A stretch of DNA of 64,000 nucleotides from Alphaproteobacteria bacterium (GTDB lineage: Bacteria; Pseudomonadota; Alphaproteobacteria; CADEGL01). The notes beneath the pieces were generated by a model that worked only from the letters and a program-made list of their open reading frames with translations, was not told the DNA's origin and searched no databases. The DNA lies in contig JAXMCE010000002.1 in assembly GCA_046349515.1 (NCBI GenBank), positions 27,623 through 91,622 on the forward strand, given 5' to 3'. A program made the translations under genes and the position numbers. Below, in pieces: positions 1-9,564 of this stretch; position 1 is the first letter of the stretch; each line of letters opens with the position of its first letter.

Positions 1-665
1 TAAAGGAATTCGCGGCGCGGCCGGCCGCTGCCCCACACCTCGAGTGCCGGGGCGCCGGTCATCTTGGCGCGGTGCGCCTTCATGAGGAGCGCCGGCACGA
101 CGTGGCTCGCCCGAAGATCGAAGGTGTCGCCCGGCCCATAGAGGTTCGTCGGCATGGCCGAGATGAAGTCGGCACCGTGCTGGCGCCGGTAGGCCTGGCA
201 CATCATGAGGCCTGCGATCTTGGCGATCGCGTACCACTGGTTCGTGGGCTCGAGCGGCCCCGTGAGGAGCGCGTCTTCGACCATGGGCTGGGGCGCCAAG
301 CGCGGATAGATGCAGGACGAGCCGAGGAAGAGCAGTTTCTTGACACCCGCCCGCCAGGCGGCGTGGATGACGTTCGTCTCGATCGCGAGGTTGTCGTAGA
401 GGAAATCGGCCGGGCGCGAGTCGTTCGCGAGGATGCCGCCGACCGTGGCCGCCGCGAGGAACACGGCGTCCGGCTTGGCCTTGGCGAACCAATCCTCGAC
501 CTCGGCCTGGCGCCTCAGATCAACCGAATCGCGCCCGACCGTCACGACTTCGCATTTCTCGCGCGCGAGCCGCCTCGCGACGGCGGAGCCGACCATGCCG
601 CGGTGGCCCGCGACGAAGATGCGCCGCCCTTCGAGCGTGAACGCGCCCTCAGACGTGCCGCTCAT
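1..665 (-). CDS. fcl: GDP-L-fucose synthase, partial (C-terminus lies beyond the window edge)
   Basis: Minus-strand translation from ATG at 665-663 reads [42 protein letters not shown]..., a typical Fcl Rossmann N-terminus. It sits 17 nt inside the gmd stop and there is no stop before position 1. Confidence 0.85.
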   Translation of the reverse strand, partial: MSGTSEGAFTLEGRRIFVAGHRGMVGSAVARRLAREKCEVVTVGRDSVDLRRQAEVEDWFAKAKPDAVFLAAATVGGILANDSRPADFLYDNLAIETNVIHAAWRAGVKKLLFLGSSCIYPRLAPQPMVEDALLTGPLEPTNQWYAIAKIAGLMMCQAYRRQHGADFISAMPTNLYGPGDTFDLRASHVVPALLMKAHRAKMTGAPALEVWGSGRPRREFL

Positions 666-1719
666 GGCGCACGCCTTCCTGCCGGATCACCTCGAGATCC
701 GATTCGACCATCTCCTTGACCAGCGCCTCGAACGAGGTGCGGTGGCGCCAGCCGAGCTTCCGGCGCGCCTTGCTCGAATCACCGCGCAGGAGATCGACCT
801 CGGTCGGGCGGAAGTAGCGCGCATCGATCGCGACGAGGGTCTTGCCCGTCGCCCGGTCGATCCCGCGTTCCTTGATGCCCTTGCCCTTCCATTCGATCGT
901 GCGCCCGACATGGGCGAAGGCGCGCTCGACGAACTCGCGCACCGTGTGGCTCTCCCCCGTCGCCAGCACGTAATCATCGGGCTTCGGCTGCTGCAGCATG
1001 AGCCACATGCCCTCGACGAAGTCGCGCGCATGGCCCCAATCGCGCTCGGCATCGAGGTTGCCCAAATAGAGCCGGTCCTGGAGGCCCAGCTCGATCGCGG
1101 CGACGGCGCGCGTGATCTTGCGCGTGACGAACGTCTCACCCCGCGTCGGCCCCTCGTGGTTGAAGAGGATGCCGTTCGAGGCGTGCATGCCGTAGGCCTC
1201 ACGGTAGTTCACCGTGATCCAATAGGCGTAGAGCTTCGCCGCCGCGTAGGGGCTGCGCGGCATGAACGGCGTCGTCTCGCGCTGCGGCGCCTCTGTCGCG
1301 TTGCCGTAGAGCTCCGAGGTGGAGGCCTGGTAGAAGCGCACCGATTTCGTCAGGCCGAGGATCCGGATCGCCTCGAGAAGGCGCAAGGTGCCGAGCGCGT
1401 CGGCGTTGGCCGTGTATTCAGGGGTCTCGAAGCTCACGCGCACATGGCTTTGCGCGGCGAGATTGTAGATCTCGGTCGGCTGGGCCTCCTGGACGAGGCG
1501 GATGAGGTTCGTCGCGTCGGTGAGGTCGCCATAATGAAGGAAGAACCGTACGCGCTCCTCGTGCGGGTCGGCATAGAGATGATCGACGCGGGCGGTGTTG
1601 AAGGACGAGGAGCGCCGCTTCACGCCGTGGACCACGTAACCCTTGTCGAGGAGAAGTTGCGAAAGATACGCCCCGTCCTGCCCGGTGACGCCCGTGATGA
1701 GTGCAACCTTCTTCGCCAT
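649..1719 (-). CDS. gmd: GDP-mannose 4,6-dehydratase
   Basis: 356-aa ORF starting [42 protein letters not shown]... with SDR/GMD signatures ([10 protein letters not shown]). Confidence 0.9.
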   Translation of the reverse strand: MAKKVALITGVTGQDGAYLSQLLLDKGYVVHGVKRRSSSFNTARVDHLYADPHEERVRFFLHYGDLTDATNLIRLVQEAQPTEIYNLAAQSHVRVSFETPEYTANADALGTLRLLEAIRILGLTKSVRFYQASTSELYGNATEAPQRETTPFMPRSPYAAAKLYAYWITVNYREAYGMHASNGILFNHEGPTRGETFVTRKITRAVAAIELGLQDRLYLGNLDAERDWGHARDFVEGMWLMLQQPKPDDYVLATGESHTVREFVERAFAHVGRTIEWKGKGIKERGIDRATGKTLVAIDARYFRPTEVDLLRGDSSKARRKLGWRHRTSFEALVKEMVESDLEVIRQEGVRHERHV

Positions 1720-1865
1720 GCCTGCCGATCAGCTCCGCGCCTTTGGTCGATCGCCCGGCACCGACGCGCCTTGCGAGCCTTAACACCCTGTGAAGGCGTG
1801 TATACTATGGCCGAGCGACATCGCCCGGTAGCGCAAAAAGCCGCCGGAGGCGGTGCCATAGGAAC

Positions 1866-2870
1866 GTGAGGTGCGCCGTGTCCGAACAGCCGATCGAAGC
1901 GGACAGGTTGGAACAAAAGGCCGAAGACGCGGCGCGCGCGGCGGCCGAGGCCTCCGGCCTGCCCATGGCCGCCTGGCTCAGCGATGCGATCCGGCGGAGC
2001 ACCGAAGGCGTGCAAGGGGACGCCCCGTCGGGCGAAGCGGCCGCCGTCGAAGTGCCGCACGCCGCTGCCGAGGCGCCGCCCGCCGCACCGGACGAGAGCG
2101 CCCGCGCCCAGCCCATCGCCGTCGGCGCTCTCACGCCCGGGCGCTTTCAGATGCGGCAAAACGCCGAGGCCTTCAACAGCGAGGCGCTCCTCCAGTCCGT
2201 CCGGACTCACGGCATCCTTCAGCCCATTCTTGCGCGCCGCCGCGCCGATGATCCCGAACGCTACGAGATCATCGCGGGCGAGCGGCGCTGGCGGGCCGCC
2301 AACCGGCTGGGCCTTGGTACCGTGCCCGCGATCGTGCTCGAGGTCGACGACGGCGAGGCGATGGCGATCGCGCTCGCGGAAAACCTCCAGCGCGAGGATC
2401 TGAACCCGTTCGAAGAGGCCGAAGGCTACCGGCGTCTTCTCGACGACTACGCCCGCACGCAGGACGACGTGGCGACGATCGCAGGCAAGAGCCGCAGCCA
2501 CGTCGCGAACACGCTGAGGCTCCTCAAACTTCCAGACACCGTGAAGTCTCTTGTCATCGACGGCCGGCTGTCGGCGGGACATGCGCGTGCGCTCGTCAAT
2601 GCGGAAGACCCGGCGGCCGCGGCGACCCAGGTCGTCAATCTCGGCCTCACCGTCCGCCAGACCGAGGAGCTGGTTCAGGGCGGCGACAACGCGATGCGTC
2701 CGCCTCGCGACCCCGAGATCAGATCCGTCGAGAAAGAGCTGTCCAAGTATTTCGGCCATCGCTGCCGGCTCAACATCCGGGGCGACCGCGGTATGTTGAG
2801 CATCCGTTTCGAGGGCGCCGACGGTCTCCGCGCGATCGTTCGGCGTTTGCGCAGCGTCACCAAGGATTGA
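1866..2870 (+). CDS. ParB/Spo0J-family CTPase-fold DNA-binding protein, orphan (no parA). Has ParB box II GERRWRAA, box III ENLQREDLNPFEEAEGY and an HTH, but an atypical N-terminus with an RHH-like motif
   Basis: 334-aa ORF with motifs YEIIAGERRWRAANRLG, LAENLQREDLNPFEEA, TQDDVATIAGKSRSHVANTLRLLKLP and LSAGHARAL. No LG(R/K)GL ParA-stimulating peptide in the first 90 aa. The neighbours are gmd (divergent) and a Sel1 membrane protein. Confidence 0.75.
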   Translation: MRCAVSEQPIEADRLEQKAEDAARAAAEASGLPMAAWLSDAIRRSTEGVQGDAPSGEAAAVEVPHAAAEAPPAAPDESARAQPIAVGALTPGRFQMRQNAEAFNSEALLQSVRTHGILQPILARRRADDPERYEIIAGERRWRAANRLGLGTVPAIVLEVDDGEAMAIALAENLQREDLNPFEEAEGYRRLLDDYARTQDDVATIAGKSRSHVANTLRLLKLPDTVKSLVIDGRLSAGHARALVNAEDPAAAATQVVNLGLTVRQTEELVQGGDNAMRPPRDPEIRSVEKELSKYFGHRCRLNIRGDRGMLSIRFEGADGLRAIVRRLRSVTKD

Positions 2871-2884
2871 CGACCTGATGGGAC

Positions 2885-5026
2885 ATGCCGGCACCGGCGC
2901 CGTTTAATCTCGAGGACCTCGATCCGGACGCCCGCGCCATGGCCGAGGCGGCGGCCAAGGCTGCCGGCCTCAGCCCCGGCGAGTGGATCAGCCGCTTCGT
3001 TCTCGCGCGCACGGCGGCGGGCACGCAGCCGGCGGCACCACCGCCTCCGCCCGCAGCGGAGCCTCCGCCCCCACCATCCGTCGAGGCACCGGACAACCTC
3101 GAAGCCTTGCCGCGCATAGCCACGACCGAAGATCCGCTTGTCGCCGGAGAAGAGGCCGAGCCCGCACATGAGCCGGTCGATGTCGAGCAACCTGCGGCAT
3201 TCCTTGAACGGGATCCTGAGCCTGTGCCGTCCGGCGCGCCGCCCATGATCGAGCCACCGCCGAGAGACGAAGTGCCGGCGCCCATCCACACCCATGCGGC
3301 GTTGAGCGTCGTCCTCGCGCGGGGAACCAATGCCACGCTTTCCGTCGGGGCCGATTCGACAACGGTGAGCCTCCCGTCCGTGCCATCGCCACGGGCGCCG
3401 GACGCCGCGATCGAAGCCGTGCCCGAGGTATCCGGTCTCACGGAAGGCTTGGCCGCCGCCGCGCAAGCCGCACCAGCCGTGCCGTTGACAGAGGAAGCAC
3501 GCGAACCGCCTCCAGCACCGCAGCAGCCAGACCTCGAGAGCGACGGGCAGGCGCCGCACGAGGCGCCCGTACACGAATCACAGGGCGAGGACTCGCGGTC
3601 TTGGGCGGAGATTGCAGCACCGGCTTCGTCATCAATTCCGCGTCACGCCGTGGAGCCAGACTCCGCCCCATTGCCACATCCATTGCCGGGAGACGAGCGC
3701 ACGGGAGACGACGCTCTCGCGCGATCGGATGCGCCGATCCCTCCTGCAGAGGGGGGAGCCGCGGAACTCTCCCAAGCACTGTCGACCGCCGGCTGGACAT
3801 TCAGCGCCGACAAAGCCCAACCGACCGGCGACGTCTTGGTGCTGCAACCGGAAGACGAGGCGGACGAACCATCCCATGCCCCGCCGCCGGACGACCACAC
3901 GGCCAAGGCAGCGGACGATCAAGCGGAGACCGACGTCCTCACCCTCGGATCCGAGGACGAAGCGCCGTCCCCTGAACCCAACGGGCGGCTCCCCTTGGCG
4001 GAGCCGACGATCACAGCCGAGCACACCGCTGATTCGCCGAAGGAGGTTGCGTCCGCATCGAGCGCCATGGCCGCCCCCGACGCGCCGCCCGCGGCGGCGA
4101 ACGTGAGCGAGCCGAAGCCCGATCTCAGCCATCTCTTCGTCGAGACGGGCGGAAGCGAGACGGAGACGCCCGGCTCCAACCGACTGACCGTCATCCTCAG
4201 TTGCATCCTTCTGGTACTCGTCACCTTGGGGGCCTGGTTTTATCTCTCGCCCTCTTTCGATTTCGGGACCGAATCCCCGCCCAAGCTGCCGCCGCAACAG
4301 TCCGTCCTCAAATCGCCCGGCAGCGCGGAATCGGCCCCTGCCGGCGATGCGCCTGCGGCCCACTCCGAGATCGAAACGTCGCCAGTGCCATCGCCCAACG
4401 CGCCAACGGAATCGAACGACGGCGCACAAACGCTCTCCGCGCTCAAAGAGGCGGCGGATGCCGGCAACGGCCCAGCGCAGCATGATCTCGCCGTCCGGTA
4501 TGTCCGGGGCGACGGCGTCAACCAGGACTATCAGGAGGCCGCGCGCTGGTTCCGCGCGGCTGCCCTCCAGGGCATCAGCAACGCGCAATACAATTTGGGC
4601 GTGCTCACCGAACGCGGCTTGGGCGTCGACCGAAACCTGCCCATGGCCTTGCTCTGGTATTTGGCTGCCGCGGGCAAGGGGCACAGCGCCGCCGAGTACA
4701 ACGTTGGCCTCGTCTATGCCGAAGGCAAAGGCGTCGAGGCGGACCAGGCCGAGGCCATGCGGTGGTTCAGGCGCTCGGCCGAACGCGGTTTCGCCAAGGC
4801 CCAGTACAATCTCGGCGTCATGTATGAACGAACCGGCGGCGACGGAGCCTCGCTCATCGAGGCCTACCGTTGGTATCGCCTCGCCTCGGCCGGGGGCGAG
4901 GGTGCGGCGGACGCACGACTCGCCGAGATCAAGACGCGGCTCGGCCGCGCCGATGTCGACAAGGCCGAGGAGCTTGCGCGCCAACCGCTCAACCCGCCGC
5001 CGGTGACGGAGCAGAAGAAGCCGTAA
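2885..5026 (+). CDS. Membrane-anchored Sel1-repeat protein. N-terminal RHH-like motif, Pro/Ala/Glu-rich low-complexity cytoplasmic region, one TM helix, at least 5 periplasmic Sel1 repeats
   Basis: 713-aa ORF. TM segment LTVILSCILLVLVTLGAWFYL around aa 430-452. C-terminal Sel1 repeats (NAQYNLGVLTERGLGVDRN..., AAEYNVGLVYAEGKGVEAD..., AKAQYNLGVMYERTGG...). Poly-Pro tract PAAPPPPPAAEPPPPPS. Starts 14 nt after the ParB-like gene. Confidence 0.75.
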   Translation: MPAPAPFNLEDLDPDARAMAEAAAKAAGLSPGEWISRFVLARTAAGTQPAAPPPPPAAEPPPPPSVEAPDNLEALPRIATTEDPLVAGEEAEPAHEPVDVEQPAAFLERDPEPVPSGAPPMIEPPPRDEVPAPIHTHAALSVVLARGTNATLSVGADSTTVSLPSVPSPRAPDAAIEAVPEVSGLTEGLAAAAQAAPAVPLTEEAREPPPAPQQPDLESDGQAPHEAPVHESQGEDSRSWAEIAAPASSSIPRHAVEPDSAPLPHPLPGDERTGDDALARSDAPIPPAEGGAAELSQALSTAGWTFSADKAQPTGDVLVLQPEDEADEPSHAPPPDDHTAKAADDQAETDVLTLGSEDEAPSPEPNGRLPLAEPTITAEHTADSPKEVASASSAMAAPDAPPAAANVSEPKPDLSHLFVETGGSETETPGSNRLTVILSCILLVLVTLGAWFYLSPSFDFGTESPPKLPPQQSVLKSPGSAESAPAGDAPAAHSEIETSPVPSPNAPTESNDGAQTLSALKEAADAGNGPAQHDLAVRYVRGDGVNQDYQEAARWFRAAALQGISNAQYNLGVLTERGLGVDRNLPMALLWYLAAAGKGHSAAEYNVGLVYAEGKGVEADQAEAMRWFRRSAERGFAKAQYNLGVMYERTGGDGASLIEAYRWYRLASAGGEGAADARLAEIKTRLGRADVDKAEELARQPLNPPPVTEQKKP

Positions 5027-5078
5027 CGACGAGCGCGGTTCCGACGCGTCGCCTCAACCGATCAAACGTGACCCGTGA

Positions 5079-5972
5079 TCAGCGCCCCTCGCCTCGGATG
5101 TCGGTGAGGAGCGGTGCCGCCTCGATCCACCAACCGGAGTGATCCGATTTCGCGGCTACGGCCGCCGCTTGCGCCTCGTCCATCGTCGCGAAAAGGCCGA
5201 AGCAGGTGGCGCCGCTTCCCGACATCCGCGCGAGAAGACAGCCGTCCGTCCTGCCGATCGCCGCGATGATCGCTGCGATCTCGGGCATCCGGTCGGACGC
5301 GGCGGCGGTGAGGTCGTTGCGCCGTTCCCGGAGAATGGATGCCAGCGCCTTCGCATCGCGCGGCGATTCTGAGAACCGTCCGGGCGCCGAATAGTCTCCG
5401 CGCCGCAAGGCGAACACCGCGTTCGTCGGCAGCGGCCGGAGCGGATTGACCAGAAGGACCGCGGCCGGCGGCAACGCAGGGGCCGCCACGATCTCTTCCC
5501 CGATTCCGCCGACGAAGGCAGCGCGCGCGAACCCGCACACGGGCACGTCCGCGCCAAGCTCGAGGGCCAAGGCGTCCATCACCGCCTGCGGCAGATCGAT
5601 CGCCCACAGGCGGCGCAGGAGGCGCAGCACGGCAGCAGCATCGGACGACCCGCCGCCGATTCCGGCCGCGACGGGCAGCCGCTTGGTCAGGCGGATCGCG
5701 GCCTTGGCGTCGATCCCGGCGGCCGATGCGAGACGGCGGGCCGCGCGCATGACGATGTTGTCCGTTGCCGACTCGGCACCGAGCGCCGATGCGAAGGGTC
5801 CGTCGATCTCAAGCGCGAGATCGCGCGAAGGCGCGACCTCGACCGTATCCGCAATGCCGGCGAAAGCCACGAGGCTGTCGAGGAGATGGTAGCCGTCCGC
5901 GCGGCGGCCGGTGACGTGGAGATAGAGATTGAGCTTGGCCGGCGCCGAAGCGCGGAGCACGCCGCTCGTCAT
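5079..5972 (-). CDS. ispE: 4-diphosphocytidyl-2-C-methyl-D-erythritol kinase
   Basis: GHMP kinase. N-terminus MTSGVLRASAPAKLNLYLHVTGRRADGYH from ATG at 5972. The longer track ORF (to 6242) runs into the upstream TPR gene. Confidence 0.85.
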   Translation of the reverse strand: MTSGVLRASAPAKLNLYLHVTGRRADGYHLLDSLVAFAGIADTVEVAPSRDLALEIDGPFASALGAESATDNIVMRAARRLASAAGIDAKAAIRLTKRLPVAAGIGGGSSDAAAVLRLLRRLWAIDLPQAVMDALALELGADVPVCGFARAAFVGGIGEEIVAAPALPPAAVLLVNPLRPLPTNAVFALRRGDYSAPGRFSESPRDAKALASILRERRNDLTAAASDRMPEIAAIIAAIGRTDGCLLARMSGSGATCFGLFATMDEAQAAAVAAKSDHSGWWIEAAPLLTDIRGEGR

Positions 5973-5989
5973 CCGATCCGCGTTCGATG

Positions 5990-7747
5990 TCACCCGCTCT
6001 TCGCGGATGCGCCGGACGTCAATCCGTGATCGAGCTTTTCCTTGATCGAGGTGACGAGCTCGGGGGTCGCGTCGAGCGTGAGGGCCCGGCGCCACTGGGC
6101 CTGCGCCTCGATCTTGCGGCCGATCTGCCAATAGGCATCGCCCAGGTGATCGTTGATGACCGGGTCGACCGGCCGCAGCTCGACCGCGCGCTCGAGTTGG
6201 GTGACGGCCTCCTCGAAGGCCCCCGTCCGGTAATAGAACCATCCGAGGCTGTCGACGATGTACCCGTCATCGGGACGCAGCTCGACGGCCCGCTTGATCA
6301 TCTCGCGCGCCTTGTCGAGATTCACGCCCTGGTCGATCCACATATAGGCGAGGTAGTTGAGAATGAACGGCTGCTCGGGCCGAAGCTCGAGGGCTCGCAG
6401 CAGGTCGACCTCGGCCCGGTCGTACTGGTGCACGCGCTCGAGCGCCATGCCGCGCGCATAGTAAAGCGCCCAGTTGACCTGCCCCGCCGCCTTGGCGCGC
6501 TCGAAGGCCCGATCATAGGCCTCGATCGCCTCCTGGTAGCGCTCATGCTCGCGCAAGAGATTGCCGAGGCGATAAAGAGCTTCGTAGCCGTCGGGCCGTT
6601 CCTTGGCCATGGTGCGCAAATGCGCGAGCGCCTCATCCAGGCGCTTCAGATCGTTGAGATCGCTCGCGATCCGAAGCTGGGCTTCCCAGTAGAAGGGCGA
6701 GGACGTCGGGACTTGGCGATAGAGTGCCATCGCCTCGTCGTAATGCTTCAGCGATTCGAGCGTCTCGGCGACGAACATGCCGTCGACCGGAAACTCCGGC
6801 TTCGCGTAAAGCGCGAGCCGCCCGAAGAGCAGAGCCATCACCGCCTCGCTCTGCCGGAAGACTCCGCTTCCGATATCGAAGAAGGCCTCGGCGATTCCAT
6901 CGCGCCCGTTCGCAACCAGACGTTCGTAAGGAGTCGGCGATTCGAGCCGGGTGAGGAGAGACTGAATCAGCAAGGATTCGGGATTCTCGGCAAGGAGCGG
7001 CTTCAACGCGTCCCGCGCGGCTTGCGGATTGCCATTGCGCTGCTCGAAGGTGGCCAGAGCCTCGACGAACCGGAAGGGCGGGTGCTGGCCCCCGCCCACC
7101 GCGGCCATATAGCTGTCCCGCGCCTCGTTGGTGCGACCGGCAATGTCGTAAATGAAGCCGGCATGCAAGCGTTCGATCGGACGGGCCGGACGATTCTCCC
7201 CGAGCGGTTTCAAGGCCGCCAAGGCGGCGTCCGGTCCGCCATCCTCGAAACGCAGCCACGCGAGAAGCAGGGGACCCATGAGGCCGCCGATTCCGTCTTT
7301 CGGCAGCGCCTCGGCGCGCGCGATGCCCGCCTTGAAATTACCCGTGTGCGCCGCATCGGCGATCAGGACAAAGCTCGCGATGATCTCCGACTTGTCCAAC
7401 TCGGCCGCAATCGGCACGGCTTCGCCGATCCGGCCCGCGCTCGCAAGCAGCAGGACCGCGCGCCGCTTGAGCTCGAGATTGCCCGGATCGAACTTGAGGG
7501 CCTCCATGATGAAATCAGCGGCGCCGCTCAGGTCGTTCAGCGACTCGGCGTGTCGAGCGGCAAGAAAAGCGCCCGAGGAGGTCGTGAGATCGTAAGTGGC
7601 GCCCGTGAGGCTTGGCGCCGCGCGCGCGGAGCCGTCGTCGGTCCCGCTGAGGTCGACGACGGGCCCGCCGGCCACGAGGAGCGCCGCGATGACAATGCCC
7701 GTGCGAGCGACCGTTTTCACGTTCTGGCCGTTGAAGATCTTCAGCAT
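5990..7747 (-). CDS. TPR-repeat protein with signal peptide
   Basis: N-terminus MLKIFNGQNVKTVARTGIVIAALLVAG (signal-like), then multiple TPR-like helices. Ends 18 nt upstream of ispE, a common alphaproteobacterial pairing. Confidence 0.75.
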   Translation of the reverse strand: MLKIFNGQNVKTVARTGIVIAALLVAGGPVVDLSGTDDGSARAAPSLTGATYDLTTSSGAFLAARHAESLNDLSGAADFIMEALKFDPGNLELKRRAVLLLASAGRIGEAVPIAAELDKSEIIASFVLIADAAHTGNFKAGIARAEALPKDGIGGLMGPLLLAWLRFEDGGPDAALAALKPLGENRPARPIERLHAGFIYDIAGRTNEARDSYMAAVGGGQHPPFRFVEALATFEQRNGNPQAARDALKPLLAENPESLLIQSLLTRLESPTPYERLVANGRDGIAEAFFDIGSGVFRQSEAVMALLFGRLALYAKPEFPVDGMFVAETLESLKHYDEAMALYRQVPTSSPFYWEAQLRIASDLNDLKRLDEALAHLRTMAKERPDGYEALYRLGNLLREHERYQEAIEAYDRAFERAKAAGQVNWALYYARGMALERVHQYDRAEVDLLRALELRPEQPFILNYLAYMWIDQGVNLDKAREMIKRAVELRPDDGYIVDSLGWFYYRTGAFEEAVTQLERAVELRPVDPVINDHLGDAYWQIGRKIEAQAQWRRALTLDATPELVTSIKEKLDHGLTSGASAKSG

Positions 7748-7840
7748 CTCTCGAACGACTGGCCTAAAGAACAACGATTCTATCGGACGGCCGTGGGCGG
7801 CGCCACGGCTTTACCCTGGCGTCGCCCCGGCAGGCTCCGC

Positions 7841-9466
7841 TCACATATTCGGATAGTTCGGTCCTCCGCCGCCTTCGGGCGTGACCCAGGTGATGTTCTG
7901 CCGCGGATCCTTGATATCGCATGTCTTGCAGTGGACGCAGTTCTGCGCGTTGATTTGCAACCTCGGGTTCCCGTCGTCCCGCACGATCTCGTAGACACCC
8001 GCTGGGCAGTACCGCTGCTCAGGCGAATCGTATTCCTTCAGGTTGACTTCGATCGCCACGGACGGGTCGCGCAATCGAAGATGGGCCGGCTGATTCTCCT
8101 CGTGGTTGGTGTTCGAGAGGTAAACGGAGGAGAGCTTGTCGAACGAAACCACGCCATCGGGCTTGGGATAATCGATCTTCCGGGACGCGGCGGCCGGTTT
8201 CAGCGATTCGTTATCCTTATGGTGGTGGAGCGTCCAGGGGGCGCGCCCTCTCAATAGGTAGGTATCCAGGGCCGAGTAGCCAAGCCCCGCCCACATTCCC
8301 CAGCGAAACGCCGGGCGGATGTTTCGCACCCGGTGGAGTTCGCCCCAAATCCAAGACGCCTTGAGGCTCGCGGGATAGTCCTCGATCGCCGCGTCGGAGG
8401 AGCGCTCGAGCGCCTTGAAGACAGCCTCCCCCGCCAGCATGCCCGACTTCATGGCGTTGTGGCTGCCCTTGATCTTGGGAACGTTGACGAAGCCGGCGGC
8501 ACAGCCGATGAGGGCGCCGCCCGCGAAGGTCAGTTTCGGAATCGACTGGAATCCGCCCTCGTTGATCGCACGAGCGCCGTAGGCGATGCGGCGTCCTCCT
8601 TCGAAGGTCGGACGGATGGCGGGATGGGTCTTGAAGCGCTGGAATTCATCGAACGGCGACAGGTAGGGGTTGTCGTAGTCGAGCCCGATCACGAAGCCGA
8701 CGGCAACCTGATTCCCCTCCAGGTGATAGAGAAACGAACCGCCATAGGTGCCGCTGCCCATGGGCCAGCCGACCGTATGGACGACGCGCCCCTCATGGTG
8801 CTTCGAGGGTTCGACCTCCCAAAGCTCCTTGATGCCGATGCCGTAGGTCTGGGGGTCGACGCCATCGCGAAGGCCGAAGCGCTCGACGAGCGTCTTGGTG
8901 AGCGAGCCGCGGCAGCCCTCGGCGAACAGCGTCCATTTCGCGCGAAGCTCGATCCCGGGTTGGTGATTGGCGGTCGGCTGTCCGTCCTTGCCGATGCCCA
9001 TGTCACCCGTGGCCACGCCCGCGACGCGTCCCGCCTCGTCGTAGAGGACTTCGGCCGCGGCAAAGCCCGGGTAGATTTCGACGCCCAGCTGCTCTGCCTG
9101 CTGGCCAAGCCAACGGCAGAGGCTGCCGAGGCTGATGATGTAGTTGCCATGATTGTGCATCTGCGGCGGGGTCGGCAGGCGGATCGCGCGCGTCGCGGTG
9201 AGAAACAGGAAGCGGTCGTCAACGGCCGGCGTGTTGAGGGGCGCGCCGCGTTCCTTCCAATCGGGGAACAGTTCCGCAAGCGCCCGTGGCTCGAAGACCG
9301 CGCCGGACAGGATGTGGGCGCCGACCTCCGATCCCTTCTCGAGGACGCAGACGCTCGTCTCACGGCCGGCTGCCGCGGCAAGCTGCTTCAGTCGGATCGC
9401 AGCGGCGAGCCCGCTCGGCCCCGCGCCAACGATGACGACATCGAATTCCATCACGTCCCGAGCCAT
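7841..9466 (-). CDS. Electron-transfer flavoprotein-ubiquinone oxidoreductase (ETF-QO)
   Basis: 541 aa. FAD motif [15 protein letters not shown] and a C-terminal 4Fe-4S ferredoxin-like region [12 protein letters not shown]. Confidence 0.85.
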   Translation of the reverse strand: MARDVMEFDVVIVGAGPSGLAAAIRLKQLAAAAGRETSVCVLEKGSEVGAHILSGAVFEPRALAELFPDWKERGAPLNTPAVDDRFLFLTATRAIRLPTPPQMHNHGNYIISLGSLCRWLGQQAEQLGVEIYPGFAAAEVLYDEAGRVAGVATGDMGIGKDGQPTANHQPGIELRAKWTLFAEGCRGSLTKTLVERFGLRDGVDPQTYGIGIKELWEVEPSKHHEGRVVHTVGWPMGSGTYGGSFLYHLEGNQVAVGFVIGLDYDNPYLSPFDEFQRFKTHPAIRPTFEGGRRIAYGARAINEGGFQSIPKLTFAGGALIGCAAGFVNVPKIKGSHNAMKSGMLAGEAVFKALERSSDAAIEDYPASLKASWIWGELHRVRNIRPAFRWGMWAGLGYSALDTYLLRGRAPWTLHHHKDNESLKPAAASRKIDYPKPDGVVSFDKLSSVYLSNTNHEENQPAHLRLRDPSVAIEVNLKEYDSPEQRYCPAGVYEIVRDDGNPRLQINAQNCVHCKTCDIKDPRQNITWVTPEGGGGPNYPNM

Positions 9467-9564
9467 CGCGATCGTCCCTCGTCGTCCCGCCAGTCCACCC
9501 GAACGCGGCGGGCAGAATAGACAAGTTCTAGGCCGGGGGCACAGGCAATGCTAGGTTCCGAGCG

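Noticed and set aside
72-719. 215-aa plus-strand ORF at the 5' edge
   Set aside because: It is antisense to the well-supported fcl gene. Its sequence is Arg/Glu-rich with no family resemblance, the usual high-GC antisense artefact.
1780-1806. Sigma-70-like promoter TTAACA-N15-TATACT upstream of the ParB-like gene
   Set aside because: The spacer is only 15 nt and alphaproteobacterial promoters deviate from the E. coli consensus. This is too weak to call without TSS data.
1866-2870. Calling this the chromosomal parB (Spo0J) of the organism
   Set aside because: No parA or gidAB is adjacent. The N-terminal ParA-stimulating motif is missing and no parS-like palindrome was seen in the window. It is treated as an orphan ParB-like paralogue instead.
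5987-8257. Very long antisense ORFs (756 aa here). Others include 19504..21420, 22120..23466, 33501..34880, 35744..37267, 38809..40206, 40218..41699, 45352..46965, 48034..49188, 50002..51396 and 56940..58916
   Set aside because: Each lies opposite a confidently identified conserved gene (TPR/ETF-QO, smc, dsbD, thrC, M32, ctaD, tldD, pepP, uvrD). Their Arg/Ala/Gly/Pro-rich composition is typical of non-coding frames in 66% GC DNA.
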